Below, piece after piece: positions 21,870 through 34,618 of a stretch of 64,000 nucleotides of DNA. Within the stretch, counting starts at the first letter, position 1; every line of letters starts with the position of its first letter. Made by a program: the position numbers and the translations under genes. The DNA comes from Cyanidioschyzon merolae (taxonomy: Eukaryota), in the NCBI GenBank assembly GCA_000091205.1, contig AP006489.2; one strand, written 5' to 3'. The notes under the pieces were generated by a model. That model was given only the letters and a program-made list of their open reading frames with translations. It had not been told where the DNA came from and did no database searches.

Positions 21870-22799
21870 TTAAAGTGTAAGTTTTTGGAAGAATTCGAGC
21901 AAAAATTCGTAGCTGATTAATGCCAAAGCCGTGTTTGGCACGGTGCGCAACATGCTCGGGCCTAGTCCTCGATAGAAGCTGGATATGCCCTCTCTGTAAA
22001 TCATATTCCGAACTAGATGAAACAGACGGATTCGAGGACCCTCAAGTCCGCTTTGCACTCGAGTTCGCAGGACCTCCAATGGAAAACACACAAGCTGGCT
22101 CAATATCGCACTCGTCAGAGAAGCGATGCCCATGTAATAAACTCGCTGTGCCCCTTCACAATCTATCAGACGTCTTAGGTTTTCATACAGAGCGAACTGA
22201 ACGGAAGCAGCGGGGAATCCAGCCATTGATACCAAGGTACCTCGGTAAAGGCCGCCGAGGCCACCTTCCCCGACAATCTCCTGAAGCAGGTTCCGCATGG
22301 TTGGTCGATGGGCCTCCTTAGTTAGTAAATGTATACATTTTGTTTCATCAAGCATCCTGGTAATTGCCCGAGTCCGCATCAGCCACAAAGGATTCGTCAG
22401 CACTGAGGTTAGAGACCATGCTATCCCAGCTGAAGTTGCACACTTCAATGTAAAAAATGTTGTATCATCCGTCTCCGCCGGGTCCATCCAGGCCTTGACG
22501 CTGGAATATATCGTGAAAAAGGAACCTAAAGCGGGTACCAAAGCAAGCGTTGATGGCACGAGGCCTACAAATAAACCGCGAGGCCCTTCGTCATTTAGTA
22601 TCGTGCGCACTGAACTATACAAGCCAGCGTAACGCGTTCGACGATGTGCTTCACGGCGTTCAGCCTGCATTCTCGTCTTTATGACTTCCAGCGGCTGCGT
22701 TAAAGAGGCAGCAATTGCACCGGAGAGGGCACCTGCCAGAGTGTGCAGAGGAGGGGCAGGCGTGGCCTCACTTCGCTCAGCAACAGTGTCAGCTTCCAT
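21870..22799 (-). CDS. mitochondrial carrier family (SLC25) protein
   Basis: Tripartite repeats with PLEVIKTRMQ and PLEVLRTRVQ signature motifs; 309 aa. Confidence 0.8.
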   Translation of the reverse strand: MEADTVAERSEATPAPPLHTLAGALSGAIAASLTQPLEVIKTRMQAERREAHRRTRYAGLYSSVRTILNDEGPRGLFVGLVPSTLALVPALGSFFTIYSSVKAWMDPAETDDTTFFTLKCATSAGIAWSLTSVLTNPLWLMRTRAITRMLDETKCIHLLTKEAHRPTMRNLLQEIVGEGGLGGLYRGTLVSMAGFPAASVQFALYENLRRLIDCEGAQRVYYMGIASLTSAILSQLVCFPLEVLRTRVQSGLEGPRIRLFHLVRNMIYREGISSFYRGLGPSMLRTVPNTALALISYEFLLEFFQKLTL

Positions 22800-23720
22800 T
22801 CAAAAGGCGAGCTCGAAACTCATGACCAACTACCTCCGCACTACGGTGAGGATGCTCTTCCGATGCAAATCAGCAGCAGTTTCTTATTCGAAGAGTTTTA
22901 GTCTAGGCTGCAGATTTGAACGGAACAGCCAGTGACCTGTTAGCGCTCTCAGCAGCACCCTGTATTCAACGCTACAACGCCGCTATGATTGCGCGATGCA
23001 AAGAACGAACCAAAGCACTTCAATGTGATCGTGCTCATGAAAAAATGCTTTGGCAGGGCGCCCTGCATCGGAACAGAAATCATTCTTTCTCTTTAATATA
23101 TAAAAGCGAGGCATGAAGAGGGCAACTACCAAGGTTTCACATGACGACATTGATGCTTTGTAACATTGAATACATTATAGAAAAACTTCTGCGCTTTTCA
23201 CACCGTTTGACTGATGATAAAAACATAATACGAGATATCTTTCACCGAAGAAGCCTTTGCAGATAGAAAACTCGCAGATAAACAAAATCGGAAGCCGGGT
23301 AACGATACAGCAAGCAGTAATATTCACTGTGCAATAACCGAGATTTTAAAATCACTAGTCCTTCGACACAGATCCCGACGGACTAGGCGTGACGGACTCA
23401 CACATCTCTGAATTTGAGTGGAAATTCGATCTGAGCGACAATTCTACATCAGCGACAATGCCGTCAGGACTACCAAAACCCCTCGTAGGCAAACTCAACC
23501 GCAAGTTTGAATTCGACAAGGTCCGCGCAATTTACCACAGCATGCAAGCCATTAAGGAAAGCTGGGCATTTACAAAGCAGGTCGCTTGTGATTTAATGAT
23601 ATAGGATTAAAACAGACCATCAAAAAACTTTTGTTACGAAAGCGGTAGCCCACTGAAGAAGTGAGTTACATCAGGGTGCATCCCGCTCCTCAGCTCGCGC
23701 GCTCTCGACGCAGAACACAC

Positions 23721-26700
23721 TCAGAAATATCACAAAAAATAGAACACGATTACCCTTCACCAACGACCCAGGAAAACCATTCCTAGTGTATCCATATGCC
23801 TCTCCAGCTTTCCCGGACTCTGAACCATGCCATGCAAGTGCCCTGCTCCAGGCGGGATTTCAGCGCCGCCCCTCTTGGCCACTGAATTGGGTCTATCGCA
23901 AGTCCTCGCCATTTCAGCACGATGCCCACAACGGGCACTGCAATACTCCCACCAAAGCTCGCTCGACACAAGCTCGCTGTACGCTCCAGGACCAGCAAAC
24001 ATTTCGGGTTGTTGATTGGCCCGTCCGGCTCGGCGGAGAACGTGCTTCCGTGCACTGTTGCTGGCGATATCACACTATGACGAGCTTCTCACTTTCGATT
24101 GCCTCGCAATGCGACGTTCGGTCAGCTTGCCGCCCAAGATCTCGTGGCATCCGACTCTGTTTCAATCTCGCCTTCTCCAGATGCTGCAGCCTACGCCTTC
24201 GCACGTGATGGATCTATGCCGTCCAAAGCGCATCGATGTAAATCGTACTAATCGGTTCCTGCACGCGTTGTACGCTCCCGTCGAAGGAGAGGGAGAGCAG
24301 CCCGCACGCGCCCCAGCACCTCCAGCGCCATAGACTAACACAAAACCACGCGACTTGTCGGCCATTTACTTTTCTAACTCACTGAACTAGTATATTCTCA
24401 CGATTCCTGCATATACAAATCGGTAGATGTTGGCGACCCCAGCGCTGTTTCAAGTACCCGGCCAATGTTCGTTCGTATACGACATTTGGACACTCAGGCA
24501 CTCTCTGAATCAAGCGCACGGGGGATCCGTTTCTGGTCAATCCGGCGCGCAGAACGTCGGGATGGGCCCTGAAGCCGTCATTCCGCGTGCCGGTACGCCT
24601 CGTTGAGTCGACCATGCCCGGCTCGCGATAATGCCGAGCCCCGGAGAAGCTGAGTTGCTCCATCTGATTGCCGCACAGCTGTTTGCATGCGTCCTTTCAA
24701 TTTAGGGGCACGGCGGAAGCTACGGCGTTCTTCATACAGGGATCCACGCCCGCCACAAAGACTGTCCCGTAAGCTACCATGCACGATTGAGAACGAGTCT
24801 TGTTGCTCGGCTCAGCTCAGGGTTTCACAACGTGCATGCAGCCTGGTATCCCGTAGGTCTCCGTCGCCCCTGTAAAATTCTTTCCATTTCCTCCCCGTAA
24901 CGAAGCAACCCTGAGGGAGCTCCGGCAATGCTCCATACGAAGCTGATCGAAAGCTTCGTAATTACCGGAAGAGAGGAGGCATAGCTCGCCGCGGAAACTA
25001 TCTAGTATGAAACGAATATGCCTACGGTAACATGGCAGGCCTTGATATGAAATATGGGAGTACTTCGAACGGACGCTTGAGGAGTCTTAGGCGCTCGCAC
25101 ACAGTGAGGGAGTTTGCGTTGCTATGGAGGGCTTCCTCGAAGAAAGCGCAGTAGCTCGTATGCAAGGAAGCTAGGCATCACATTTCAACCATCCCCTCTA
25201 TGGGTCGTGCGTCGGTCCGACCCCGCGAGCAATACGATGAGCCTGCGCCCCCACAGTCGGCTCTCGCGATCGTTGCGTTTTCCCTTCTGCGCTTGCTACG
25301 AACTCCATCTCGTCCGCCCAGAGCAGCTCGCCTTTTAACTATAAAGATACCGCTAGAAACTCATCCATCAGTCCCCTCTTTCCTGGGTCAGTGAATTGAG
25401 GGTACATCGCCCACAGGGTGCGGTTCATGAAGCGCTCGAGAGTGGCCGCATATTTTCTTCGGTTTTTGACGATAGTTTGATACTTTTTGGCACAGCGCGG
25501 TAGCTTTCTTTCGTTGCCCACATACAGCGACGACGCGTCAAAGCATTCTGCGATTCATGTGTGTAGCCGCTCGTCCTACAATCAGGCCGTGCTGCATATT
25601 GCGTTCAGAGCATCAGTTGCGCGTCGTCGCGCGAAGTCTTCATCGAGGAACTCCAGAAGAACGTGGACACCATGGAGTCCTATGTCGGAACTTCCGCAGA
25701 CCGTTGCTTGACCAGGCGGCTCAAGACGAGAGAGGCTAGGCGCGCATTATTCGGGTAAGGAGCTTCTCGAGCCTTCACGACGTCCCGGATTTCGCGTTTT
25801 GGAAGAGCCTCCCCGTTGAAGTGTGTTTGTCGGGAGACCTTGGCAACGGTTTCAGACTGATATTTCCGCTCCGACAGCTTTCCTTCCTGTACCACTTCGT
25901 CCCGTTTTCTGAAGGCTCTTCCGCTTCCTTGTCTGGTGGTCCCTCGCCCTTCTCCTTGACTTGGCGCGGCGGCAGAACTGTTGCCGCTATATTCCATATC
26001 CAGGTTTTTCGTCGGGATTCAGACAAACTAGGTGGATTCTAGCACTGCCATTCGCCCGCTCGATGGATCTATGTATCTAATTCGCTCCGAGTACACTTTC
26101 GTCAGTGCTTCCGTGGCAAGCACAAGCATGAGCCGAGGCGCACCTCCTCGCTCGCTCACACGAACCGCAAGAGATGCAACAAAGCAGTTCATGGCGAAGA
26201 AAACAAAGAGGGACTTGTCGAACAACGATCTCATGGGCGCGAGCCACTTCTCTATTGATCCGTGAGCGTAAGAATGGAATTTGGCACCGGAGAAGAAACA
26301 GTCGACTGGATTAAACCATGGAGAATGGGCTAGTGCGAAGAGCAGCTCCACGAAAATCACAGATGCGTACCCCTTGACCACCTTTGGGTTATGGAAATCG
26401 AGATCGTCTCAGAACAGGACAGAAAAATGTGGAAAGAAGGCACCACAAGTGCTTCGACGAAGAAAGAGCTTTTGAGTGATCCAGTCCATTTGGGGATATG
26501 TGGGCGATCGCACGACTGCATTTCCGCATGGGTTGGTGTTGTCGCCATTCTCGCTTGTCTCATTACTAGGAAGATGGTCCTCGCTGGGGGCGCGCTTTTT
26601 CGCTCGTCTATCCGAGTCTCTTCATAACCAACCGTATCAACGGCGCGTAAATTTCCCGTCCTGTGGCTTCATTGAAAGTTCTGCTCTGAACACATATGCA

Positions 26701-26981
26701 GCGGAAGGAATTGAGGAGAAAGTCGAGCAGATTAATTTCTATATCATCTGACTCGGGTGCACGGCGTTCAGGATAGGGGCTACGAGAAGGGTGGTTCATC
26801 CACCAGCTGACGGCAGGGCGACTTGCAGTATACATGTAGAGACATTTTGGCCAGCTTCCAGTACCACCACAAAGGCTATCCGCGAATTTTTTGCTCAGTT
26901 TAAGGGATACATCTTTGTGTTGAATTTCTGCGAAAAAATCAAAAAAATACAAAATGACGCGCTGGTGTAGGGGTGCAGGAT
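23721..26981. repeat. left arm of a 3261-bp inverted repeat (x maps to 56833-x)
   Basis: Every ORF in this arm has an identical-sequence partner on the opposite strand in 29852-33112. Nucleotide spot checks at 24301-24360 and at both boundaries are identical. Confidence 0.85.
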
Positions 26982-27335
26982 ATCAGTCCCTATTGAACAA
27001 TATGGTTTGCATCGGAATTGAACACGTTCATCAGAAAATCTGCGCGCTGCGCGCGGAAATATCGGCGCCGTTTTGGAATTTTTTGTCTGCATACCACTTT
27101 ATCACTCCATTCTGCTGTCGAGGAATTCTGGTTCGTCAGCTTGGCAGACTTTTCCCTTTATGCTTAGATCTGAAGCCGTTTTGCAAATTTTTGCTATTTT
27201 TAATTAATTTCGTTTCTTCTGTTTTGTGAAAGAGGGATAAAGGAGTGATTCTTCTGAACAAAGAGCTTGGGTAAACTATTTGGGACTGACGCAGGTTCGA
27301 AAAGTAGAAGTACGATCTCATCTGCGCGGCTCTGG

Positions 27336-27538
27336 GCACCCGAGTCAGATGATATAGAAATTAATCTGCTCGACTTTCTCCTCAATTCCTTCCGCTGCAT
27401 ATGTGTTCGGAGCAGAACTTTCAATGAAGCCACAGGACGGGAAATTTACGCGCCGTTGATACGGATGGTTATGAAGAGACTCGGATAGACGATCGAAAAA
27501 GCGCGCCCTCAGCGAGGACCATCTTCCTAGTACTGAGA
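27336..27538 (+). repeat. third copy (~97.5% identical) of a 203-bp segment of the inverted-repeat arms (matches 30073-30277 directly and 26556-26760 inverted)
   Basis: Nucleotide alignment shows 5 mismatches in 203 nt. ORF 27267-27488 repeats the peptide of ORFs 26608-26952 and 29821-30225. Confidence 0.7.
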
Positions 27539-27949
27539 CAAGCGAGAACGATCACAAAATCAGCCTTAGTGTTCTGAAAATACAGATACTAACCATCAAA
27601 TAGAAATTCGATATCAATTTTCTTCCTACTTTACGGTAACCATTGAAAGGGGAAAGCATTTGCTTATTCTCAAAAGTTCGGTTTCCAGGCTGAAAGTCGC
27701 ACGAGCCTTCCGAGCCTGCCAAGCTTTCGCTCCACATGCCTCTTTATAGCCTGGTGCTCTAGCAAGGCTTGAACAGCTCGTCCGCTGTGCGGGATAGTCT
27801 GGGACTTCGCGTGCTCAGGCTGTGTCTGGGACTCGCTCTCGTCGCGATGCTACTCTGACACATTGCTTCGCGCTTTTGCTTGCAGTGCGCCTGTCTGCGC
27901 GGATTGCAGGCTCTCAGCAATATAATGAATCCCGATCCCGAGTCGGCGA

Positions 27950-28120
27950 AAAACGCAGCGAGCTTACGTCTTCGGTGGTACGGCAAAGCCGTCCTGTCTG
28001 CGTGCTGCATTCGCACCTGCGGGATAGGCGCTAATGCTGGTGCCCACGATAGACTCGGCGCAAGATAGAACGTTCGAAACGACCAGTATGTCCGAGGGGA
28101 AGGATGGGTAATAGAACTTG
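27950..28120. repeat. left arm of a diverged (~80%) inverted repeat inside the spacer
   Basis: Reverse complement aligns with 28383-28553 (for example ctggtcgtttcgaacg / ctggtcgtttcgtacg). Symmetry centre 28251.5, distinct from the large repeat's centre at 28416.5. Confidence 0.6.
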
Positions 28121-28382
28121 AAGATAAGATTACGCATGACTGACGCTTTCCCGAATGCCAATATCGACCCCGCAGTCTGGGATCCATGGTCTACACAAAC
28201 GCTCTCTCTGACAAAAATGCACATTTTCCGCGCTCACGGGTCGCGTGCGATACTCTTTCGAATTTTTTTCATTGACAAAACGTTTACTTAGGCCAGCGTT
28301 CTCCGATTATGCGCATTTTTCTTTTCTTACTTTTTGTGTCTTTTTCAGTGCGCGGTGAAGTATCCATCAAACGCCCTACCTC

Positions 28383-28553
28383 CAAGATACATTACCTATG
28401 CTTCATCTCGGATATTCTGGTCGTTTCGTACGCCCTATCGTGTGCCGAGCGTGCCGAAAGCGACAGCAGTAGCGCCTATAGCGCCAGTGCGGTCGCTGCA
28501 CGGAGACAGAACGGCGTTGCCGTACCGCAGAGGGCGTCGGCTCGAGGGATACT
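28383..28553. repeat. right arm of the diverged spacer inverted repeat
   Basis: See left arm. Overlapping ORFs 27759-28187 (-) and 28334-28684 (+) share WSFRT...DRTALPY peptides. Confidence 0.6.
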
Positions 28554-28598
28554 CTTTCGATGTGACACGCTTTCGACGCGGCTACAGCGCTGCCGCAA

Positions 28599-29660
28599 GT
28601 GATGTCGCTGACCTTGTTTCCAGAGGGTATACACCCACGGATTCCTGTGGAACCTCAGGACCTTGTATGCTTGCAGTGTCCTGAAGCTAACCTTGGCCGG
28701 TCGCTGCTTTATTCTCTTGCTGAACGGGCAGCCCTTTTCAGCTCGAACGGGTTGACGTACCACGTGTTCCTCATTGACGGCGACTGTCTCAGCGGCGTTG
28801 TCGGACAAGGCGAGTGTGCCAGAGAGGTACTATGGAAGACTTTGCTAGAAGCCAGAACAGAGGCGACTGTGGAGGAGCCTTTGGCCATAGATCGTGTTTC
28901 TATTGCAGTGTGCCACTCGTTTAAGGAAAGCCTTGCTTGTCTTCGAGGCATTCTGCATACTGTCGAGCAGTTGTCACGGGAATTTCCCGAAAACACGCGA
29001 ACGGTTCCTGAACGAAAGCTTTCACTTCGGACTACTGTATCGCCATTTCCGCATCATGTAAAAGCGAGTCAGAACTTCTCGCTTTTGTCGCTTCCGCATG
29101 AACGGCAAATTTCTCAGAACTTGGAAAGCTTTAATGAACCAAGCTCAACCTCTTTCAAAAGCTTTTCAGAGAGCGTTGCACTTACCGACAATTGCATAGT
29201 GAAAACACCGAGCACGCTGCCAGTATCGAATGTTCCTAGCCATGAATACGTGTTGATTCTTGTTGATGGTATCGGGAATTCTTCGGGTATGCTTGGAAGC
29301 GAATATTACAACACCTGCATCATTGATCTCAGAGAAGAGCTTCGTGATATTTTACGTCAGCTGCTCGCCAGTGCGTACGTTTCAATTGTTTTTCGCGATT
29401 CTCTTATGGGTACGAAAACTGAGAGCATTGCACGCGAGATTCCAATCGAGACAAGCGGGGCTGATGGAACGATAGAAAAAATGCTGCGCAATCTCCTGAC
29501 GAAATCAGTGTTGGTCGAACATTCTTCGATGCCGAACGAAACGTATAGATTATGCTTTCGACAATTCCATCCGTCTGGATCACTCCAGCTTGAGTGGGAA
29601 AGTTTTTTAGGCGAGCCTCTCCATCCCGCTTTTAAATGGCTTCGAAGCAAAGCAGCGTAA
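28599..29660 (+). CDS. hypothetical protein (353 aa) unique to the spacer between the large inverted-repeat arms
   Basis: Long ATG-initiated ORF with no recognisable domain. Confidence 0.35.
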   Translation: MMSLTLFPEGIHPRIPVEPQDLVCLQCPEANLGRSLLYSLAERAALFSSNGLTYHVFLIDGDCLSGVVGQGECAREVLWKTLLEARTEATVEEPLAIDRVSIAVCHSFKESLACLRGILHTVEQLSREFPENTRTVPERKLSLRTTVSPFPHHVKASQNFSLLSLPHERQISQNLESFNEPSSTSFKSFSESVALTDNCIVKTPSTLPVSNVPSHEYVLILVDGIGNSSGMLGSEYYNTCIIDLREELRDILRQLLASAYVSIVFRDSLMGTKTESIAREIPIETSGADGTIEKMLRNLLTKSVLVEHSSMPNETYRLCFRQFHPSGSLQLEWESFLGEPLHPAFKWLRSKAA

Positions 29661-29851
29661 GGAGCTGCGATTCCATGTGTGCGTGCTGATGCATGAATGA
29701 ATAGAGTTCCCTTTTTCCGATTTCTTCGGATATCACCTTCCGGATAGTGATGAAGCAATTTTTCGGCGAAAATGTTCGCTCATTTATAGCGCTGGTCTCA
29801 ACTGGATTAGTACCTACGGCTTGTCTGACTTTTCTTACGAAGTGCATTCAC

Positions 29852-32800
29852 ATCCTGCACCCCTACACCAGCGCGTCATTTTGTATTTTTTTGATTTTTT
29901 CGCAGAAATTCAACACAAAGATGTATCCCTTAAACTGAGCAAAAAATTCGCGGATAGCCTTTGTGGTGGTACTGGAAGCTGGCCAAAATGTCTCTACATG
30001 TATACTGCAAGTCGCCCTGCCGTCAGCTGGTGGATGAACCACCCTTCTCGTAGCCCCTATCCTGAACGCCGTGCACCCGAGTCAGATGATATAGAAATTA
30101 ATCTGCTCGACTTTCTCCTCAATTCCTTCCGCTGCATATGTGTTCAGAGCAGAACTTTCAATGAAGCCACAGGACGGGAAATTTACGCGCCGTTGATACG
30201 GTTGGTTATGAAGAGACTCGGATAGACGAGCGAAAAAGCGCGCCCCCAGCGAGGACCATCTTCCTAGTAATGAGACAAGCGAGAATGGCGACAACACCAA
30301 CCCATGCGGAAATGCAGTCGTGCGATCGCCCACATATCCCCAAATGGACTGGATCACTCAAAAGCTCTTTCTTCGTCGAAGCACTTGTGGTGCCTTCTTT
30401 CCACATTTTTCTGTCCTGTTCTGAGACGATCTCGATTTCCATAACCCAAAGGTGGTCAAGGGGTACGCATCTGTGATTTTCGTGGAGCTGCTCTTCGCAC
30501 TAGCCCATTCTCCATGGTTTAATCCAGTCGACTGTTTCTTCTCCGGTGCCAAATTCCATTCTTACGCTCACGGATCAATAGAGAAGTGGCTCGCGCCCAT
30601 GAGATCGTTGTTCGACAAGTCCCTCTTTGTTTTCTTCGCCATGAACTGCTTTGTTGCATCTCTTGCGGTTCGTGTGAGCGAGCGAGGAGGTGCGCCTCGG
30701 CTCATGCTTGTGCTTGCCACGGAAGCACTGACGAAAGTGTACTCGGAGCGAATTAGATACATAGATCCATCGAGCGGGCGAATGGCAGTGCTAGAATCCA
30801 CCTAGTTTGTCTGAATCCCGACGAAAAACCTGGATATGGAATATAGCGGCAACAGTTCTGCCGCCGCGCCAAGTCAAGGAGAAGGGCGAGGGACCACCAG
30901 ACAAGGAAGCGGAAGAGCCTTCAGAAAACGGGACGAAGTGGTACAGGAAGGAAAGCTGTCGGAGCGGAAATATCAGTCTGAAACCGTTGCCAAGGTCTCC
31001 CGACAAACACACTTCAACGGGGAGGCTCTTCCAAAACGCGAAATCCGGGACGTCGTGAAGGCTCGAGAAGCTCCTTACCCGAATAATGCGCGCCTAGCCT
31101 CTCTCGTCTTGAGCCGCCTGGTCAAGCAACGGTCTGCGGAAGTTCCGACATAGGACTCCATGGTGTCCACGTTCTTCTGGAGTTCCTCGATGAAGACTTC
31201 GCGCGACGACGCGCAACTGATGCTCTGAACGCAATATGCAGCACGGCCTGATTGTAGGACGAGCGGCTACACACATGAATCGCAGAATGCTTTGACGCGT
31301 CGTCGCTGTATGTGGGCAACGAAAGAAAGCTACCGCGCTGTGCCAAAAAGTATCAAACTATCGTCAAAAACCGAAGAAAATATGCGGCCACTCTCGAGCG
31401 CTTCATGAACCGCACCCTGTGGGCGATGTACCCTCAATTCACTGACCCAGGAAAGAGGGGACTGATGGATGAGTTTCTAGCGGTATCTTTATAGTTAAAA
31501 GGCGAGCTGCTCTGGGCGGACGAGATGGAGTTCGTAGCAAGCGCAGAAGGGAAAACGCAACGATCGCGAGAGCCGACTGTGGGGGCGCAGGCTCATCGTA
31601 TTGCTCGCGGGGTCGGACCGACGCACGACCCATAGAGGGGATGGTTGAAATGTGATGCCTAGCTTCCTTGCATACGAGCTACTGCGCTTTCTTCGAGGAA
31701 GCCCTCCATAGCAACGCAAACTCCCTCACTGTGTGCGAGCGCCTAAGACTCCTCAAGCGTCCGTTCGAAGTACTCCCATATTTCATATCAAGGCCTGCCA
31801 TGTTACCGTAGGCATATTCGTTTCATACTAGATAGTTTCCGCGGCGAGCTATGCCTCCTCTCTTCCGGTAATTACGAAGCTTTCGATCAGCTTCGTATGG
31901 AGCATTGCCGGAGCTCCCTCAGGGTTGCTTCGTTACGGGGAGGAAATGGAAAGAATTTTACAGGGGCGACGGAGACCTACGGGATACCAGGCTGCATGCA
32001 CGTTGTGAAACCCTGAGCTGAGCCGAGCAACAAGACTCGTTCTCAATCGTGCATGGTAGCTTACGGGACAGTCTTTGTGGCGGGCGTGGATCCCTGTATG
32101 AAGAACGCCGTAGCTTCCGCCGTGCCCCTAAATTGAAAGGACGCATGCAAACAGCTGTGCGGCAATCAGATGGAGCAACTCAGCTTCTCCGGGGCTCGGC
32201 ATTATCGCGAGCCGGGCATGGTCGACTCAACGAGGCGTACCGGCACGCGGAATGACGGCTTCAGGGCCCATCCCGACGTTCTGCGCGCCGGATTGACCAG
32301 AAACGGATCCCCCGTGCGCTTGATTCAGAGAGTGCCTGAGTGTCCAAATGTCGTATACGAACGAACATTGGCCGGGTACTTGAAACAGCGCTGGGGTCGC
32401 CAACATCTACCGATTTGTATATGCAGGAATCGTGAGAATATACTAGTTCAGTGAGTTAGAAAAGTAAATGGCCGACAAGTCGCGTGGTTTTGTGTTAGTC
32501 TATGGCGCTGGAGGTGCTGGGGCGCGTGCGGGCTGCTCTCCCTCTCCTTCGACGGGAGCGTACAACGCGTGCAGGAACCGATTAGTACGATTTACATCGA
32601 TGCGCTTTGGACGGCATAGATCCATCACGTGCGAAGGCGTAGGCTGCAGCATCTGGAGAAGGCGAGATTGAAACAGAGTCGGATGCCACGAGATCTTGGG
32701 CGGCAAGCTGACCGAACGTCGCATTGCGAGGCAATCGAAAGTGAGAAGCTCGTCATAGTGTGATATCGCCAGCAACAGTGCACGGAAGCACGTTCTCCGC

Positions 32801-33112
32801 CGAGCCGGACGGGCCAATCAACAACCCGAAATGTTTGCTGGTCCTGGAGCGTACAGCGAGCTTGTGTCGAGCGAGCTTTGGTGGGAGTATTGCAGTGCCC
32901 GTTGTGGGCATCGTGCTGAAATGGCGAGGACTTGCGATAGACCCAATTCAGTGGCCAAGAGGGGCGGCGCTGAAATCCCGCCTGGAGCAGGGCACTTGCA
33001 TGGCATGGTTCAGAGTCCGGGAAAGCTGGAGAGGCATATGGATACACTAGGAATGGTTTTCCTGGGTCGTTGGTGAAGGGTAATCGTGTTCTATTTTTTG
33101 TGATATTTCTGA
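29852..33112. repeat. right arm of the 3261-bp inverted repeat
   Basis: Reverse complement of 23721-26981. Outer boundary tcagaaatatcac; inner boundary gggtgcaggat. Confidence 0.85.
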
Positions 33113-34618
33113 TTGTATTATATTTCAACCAGGCGCTTGCGACTCGACAACTTACATAATCCTTTCGGTTCCCTGATAATGATTTAGAAAAAAATTTTTT
33201 GAGCCTTTTTGCAGCCCAGAAGATCGAAAAAGTGCTGCGTGCTCCAATCCACGGGATTCGTCCGAGCCTGGCAGAAGCATTGAACGGTATGAAACTTGCT
33301 CGCTTATCAGTAAAAACTTCTATACGGTCTCTCTGGGTGTGAGGAATTTTTTCTTTTGTTCGTTAGTGTGATGCTTTGCATGGTGTTTCGCCTTCAGCAC
33401 TTGGGAAGTGAGCTATGGTCGGGAACAGCGTTCGCAGCATCAGAATGAAACCGCGAATTCATTTAGTAATATTCTCTGCCACGTAGCTGTTCGTCAGGCG
33501 TTGCGAAAATAGGTCACCGGTGGAATTTGTGAATGTTGCATTTTCCGAGATGATTTTAGTCGCCGAATACAGCAGCCACTTGAAGACCTCATGACCCAAG
33601 GGTGTTAGAATCGATATCTTCAAGCAAGAAATTTACGCGCATGGTTTTTGCAGCGACTCTGTCTGCGTTTACCTTCCTGGTCGGATATTCCCGCTGGGAC
33701 TCTATCTATCATGAAGTGGTGCCTCTTGCATATTCTCAAGCCAAAGGGAAGGGGAGCATGTGAATAGTGGTGGTGCTTGGAATATGTTCAAGATTTCATC
33801 AGGTATTTTCCAGTGAACCCAGGTCACAGGGCCCACTATCTCATTTGCATACGGCCAGTTATCCTGGAAACACTCCGCCGCAGTTTCAATTTACAGGGTC
33901 CATGATTTGATCTATAGACTGCGAAAGCTCTGTGGCAACTTAAGCGAAGCACAACAAAACTCGGGAACCTAGTTATCGCTTATCTAATGAATTGACCACG
34001 ACGCGTCGCATGGACATCAAAGTTTGTTGCCTTCTGCAAAATGGAGCACTTGCTAAAGAGCTCCTGCAGCAATTGATACTCGGAAAGGTGAACAAAAACG
34101 CTGTGCGCTCCGCGCATCATAACTCGAGTTGCTAGGAAATGCGCATCTCAGCTGTTTACAATAGCATCACCGTATAGTTCGCTGAATCTATATTTCACTC
34201 ATCTTGGGATGAGAACAGCAGCCCCTTTCCTCAATTGTCGAGAGGCTAGGTCGGCAGATGTCGCCTGACAATTTCAAAATTACATGGTCTCAGAAATGAA
34301 CTGATATACCTTCCAGCAGTGCAACAGAGCCTTATCGGAGACTTCAAATCAAAGCGCACGCACAAGTGTGAGCACCTCTGCTTGGGTGCTCAGCTCGACA
34401 GGGCACCTTTGCGGTAGAGAGAGACTCAGCGCTGGCTGCAGTAAGAGCGAAAGCGTTCGGGATATATTACAGAACAAGACCTTCGCCCGGGCCTTCCGAT
34501 TTATTGCAAAGAAGATGGTCATGTTTTCGGGCTTACAACCATGTGCTGATTTCATTTGCAATTCAAAATCGTTGCACATGAAGAAGAGAGGTAAATGCGT
34601 TCATAAAGTTGATATCCA

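Noticed and set aside
27291-27300. tRNA genes (scanned for GGTTCGAATCC-type T-loop motifs, e.g. ggttcgaaaa at 27291)
   Set aside because: No match had an adjacent acceptor stem or anticodon-arm structure. I cannot support any tRNA call by eye.
23721-33112. Possibility that the large inverted repeat is a palindromic rDNA unit (as in some protists)
   Set aside because: I looked through both arms for universal SSU/LSU landmarks (GTGCCAGCAGCCGCGGTAA, 5.8S/28S junction motifs, the sarcin-ricin loop) and found none. The arm sequence is ORF-rich with no rRNA-like conserved blocks.
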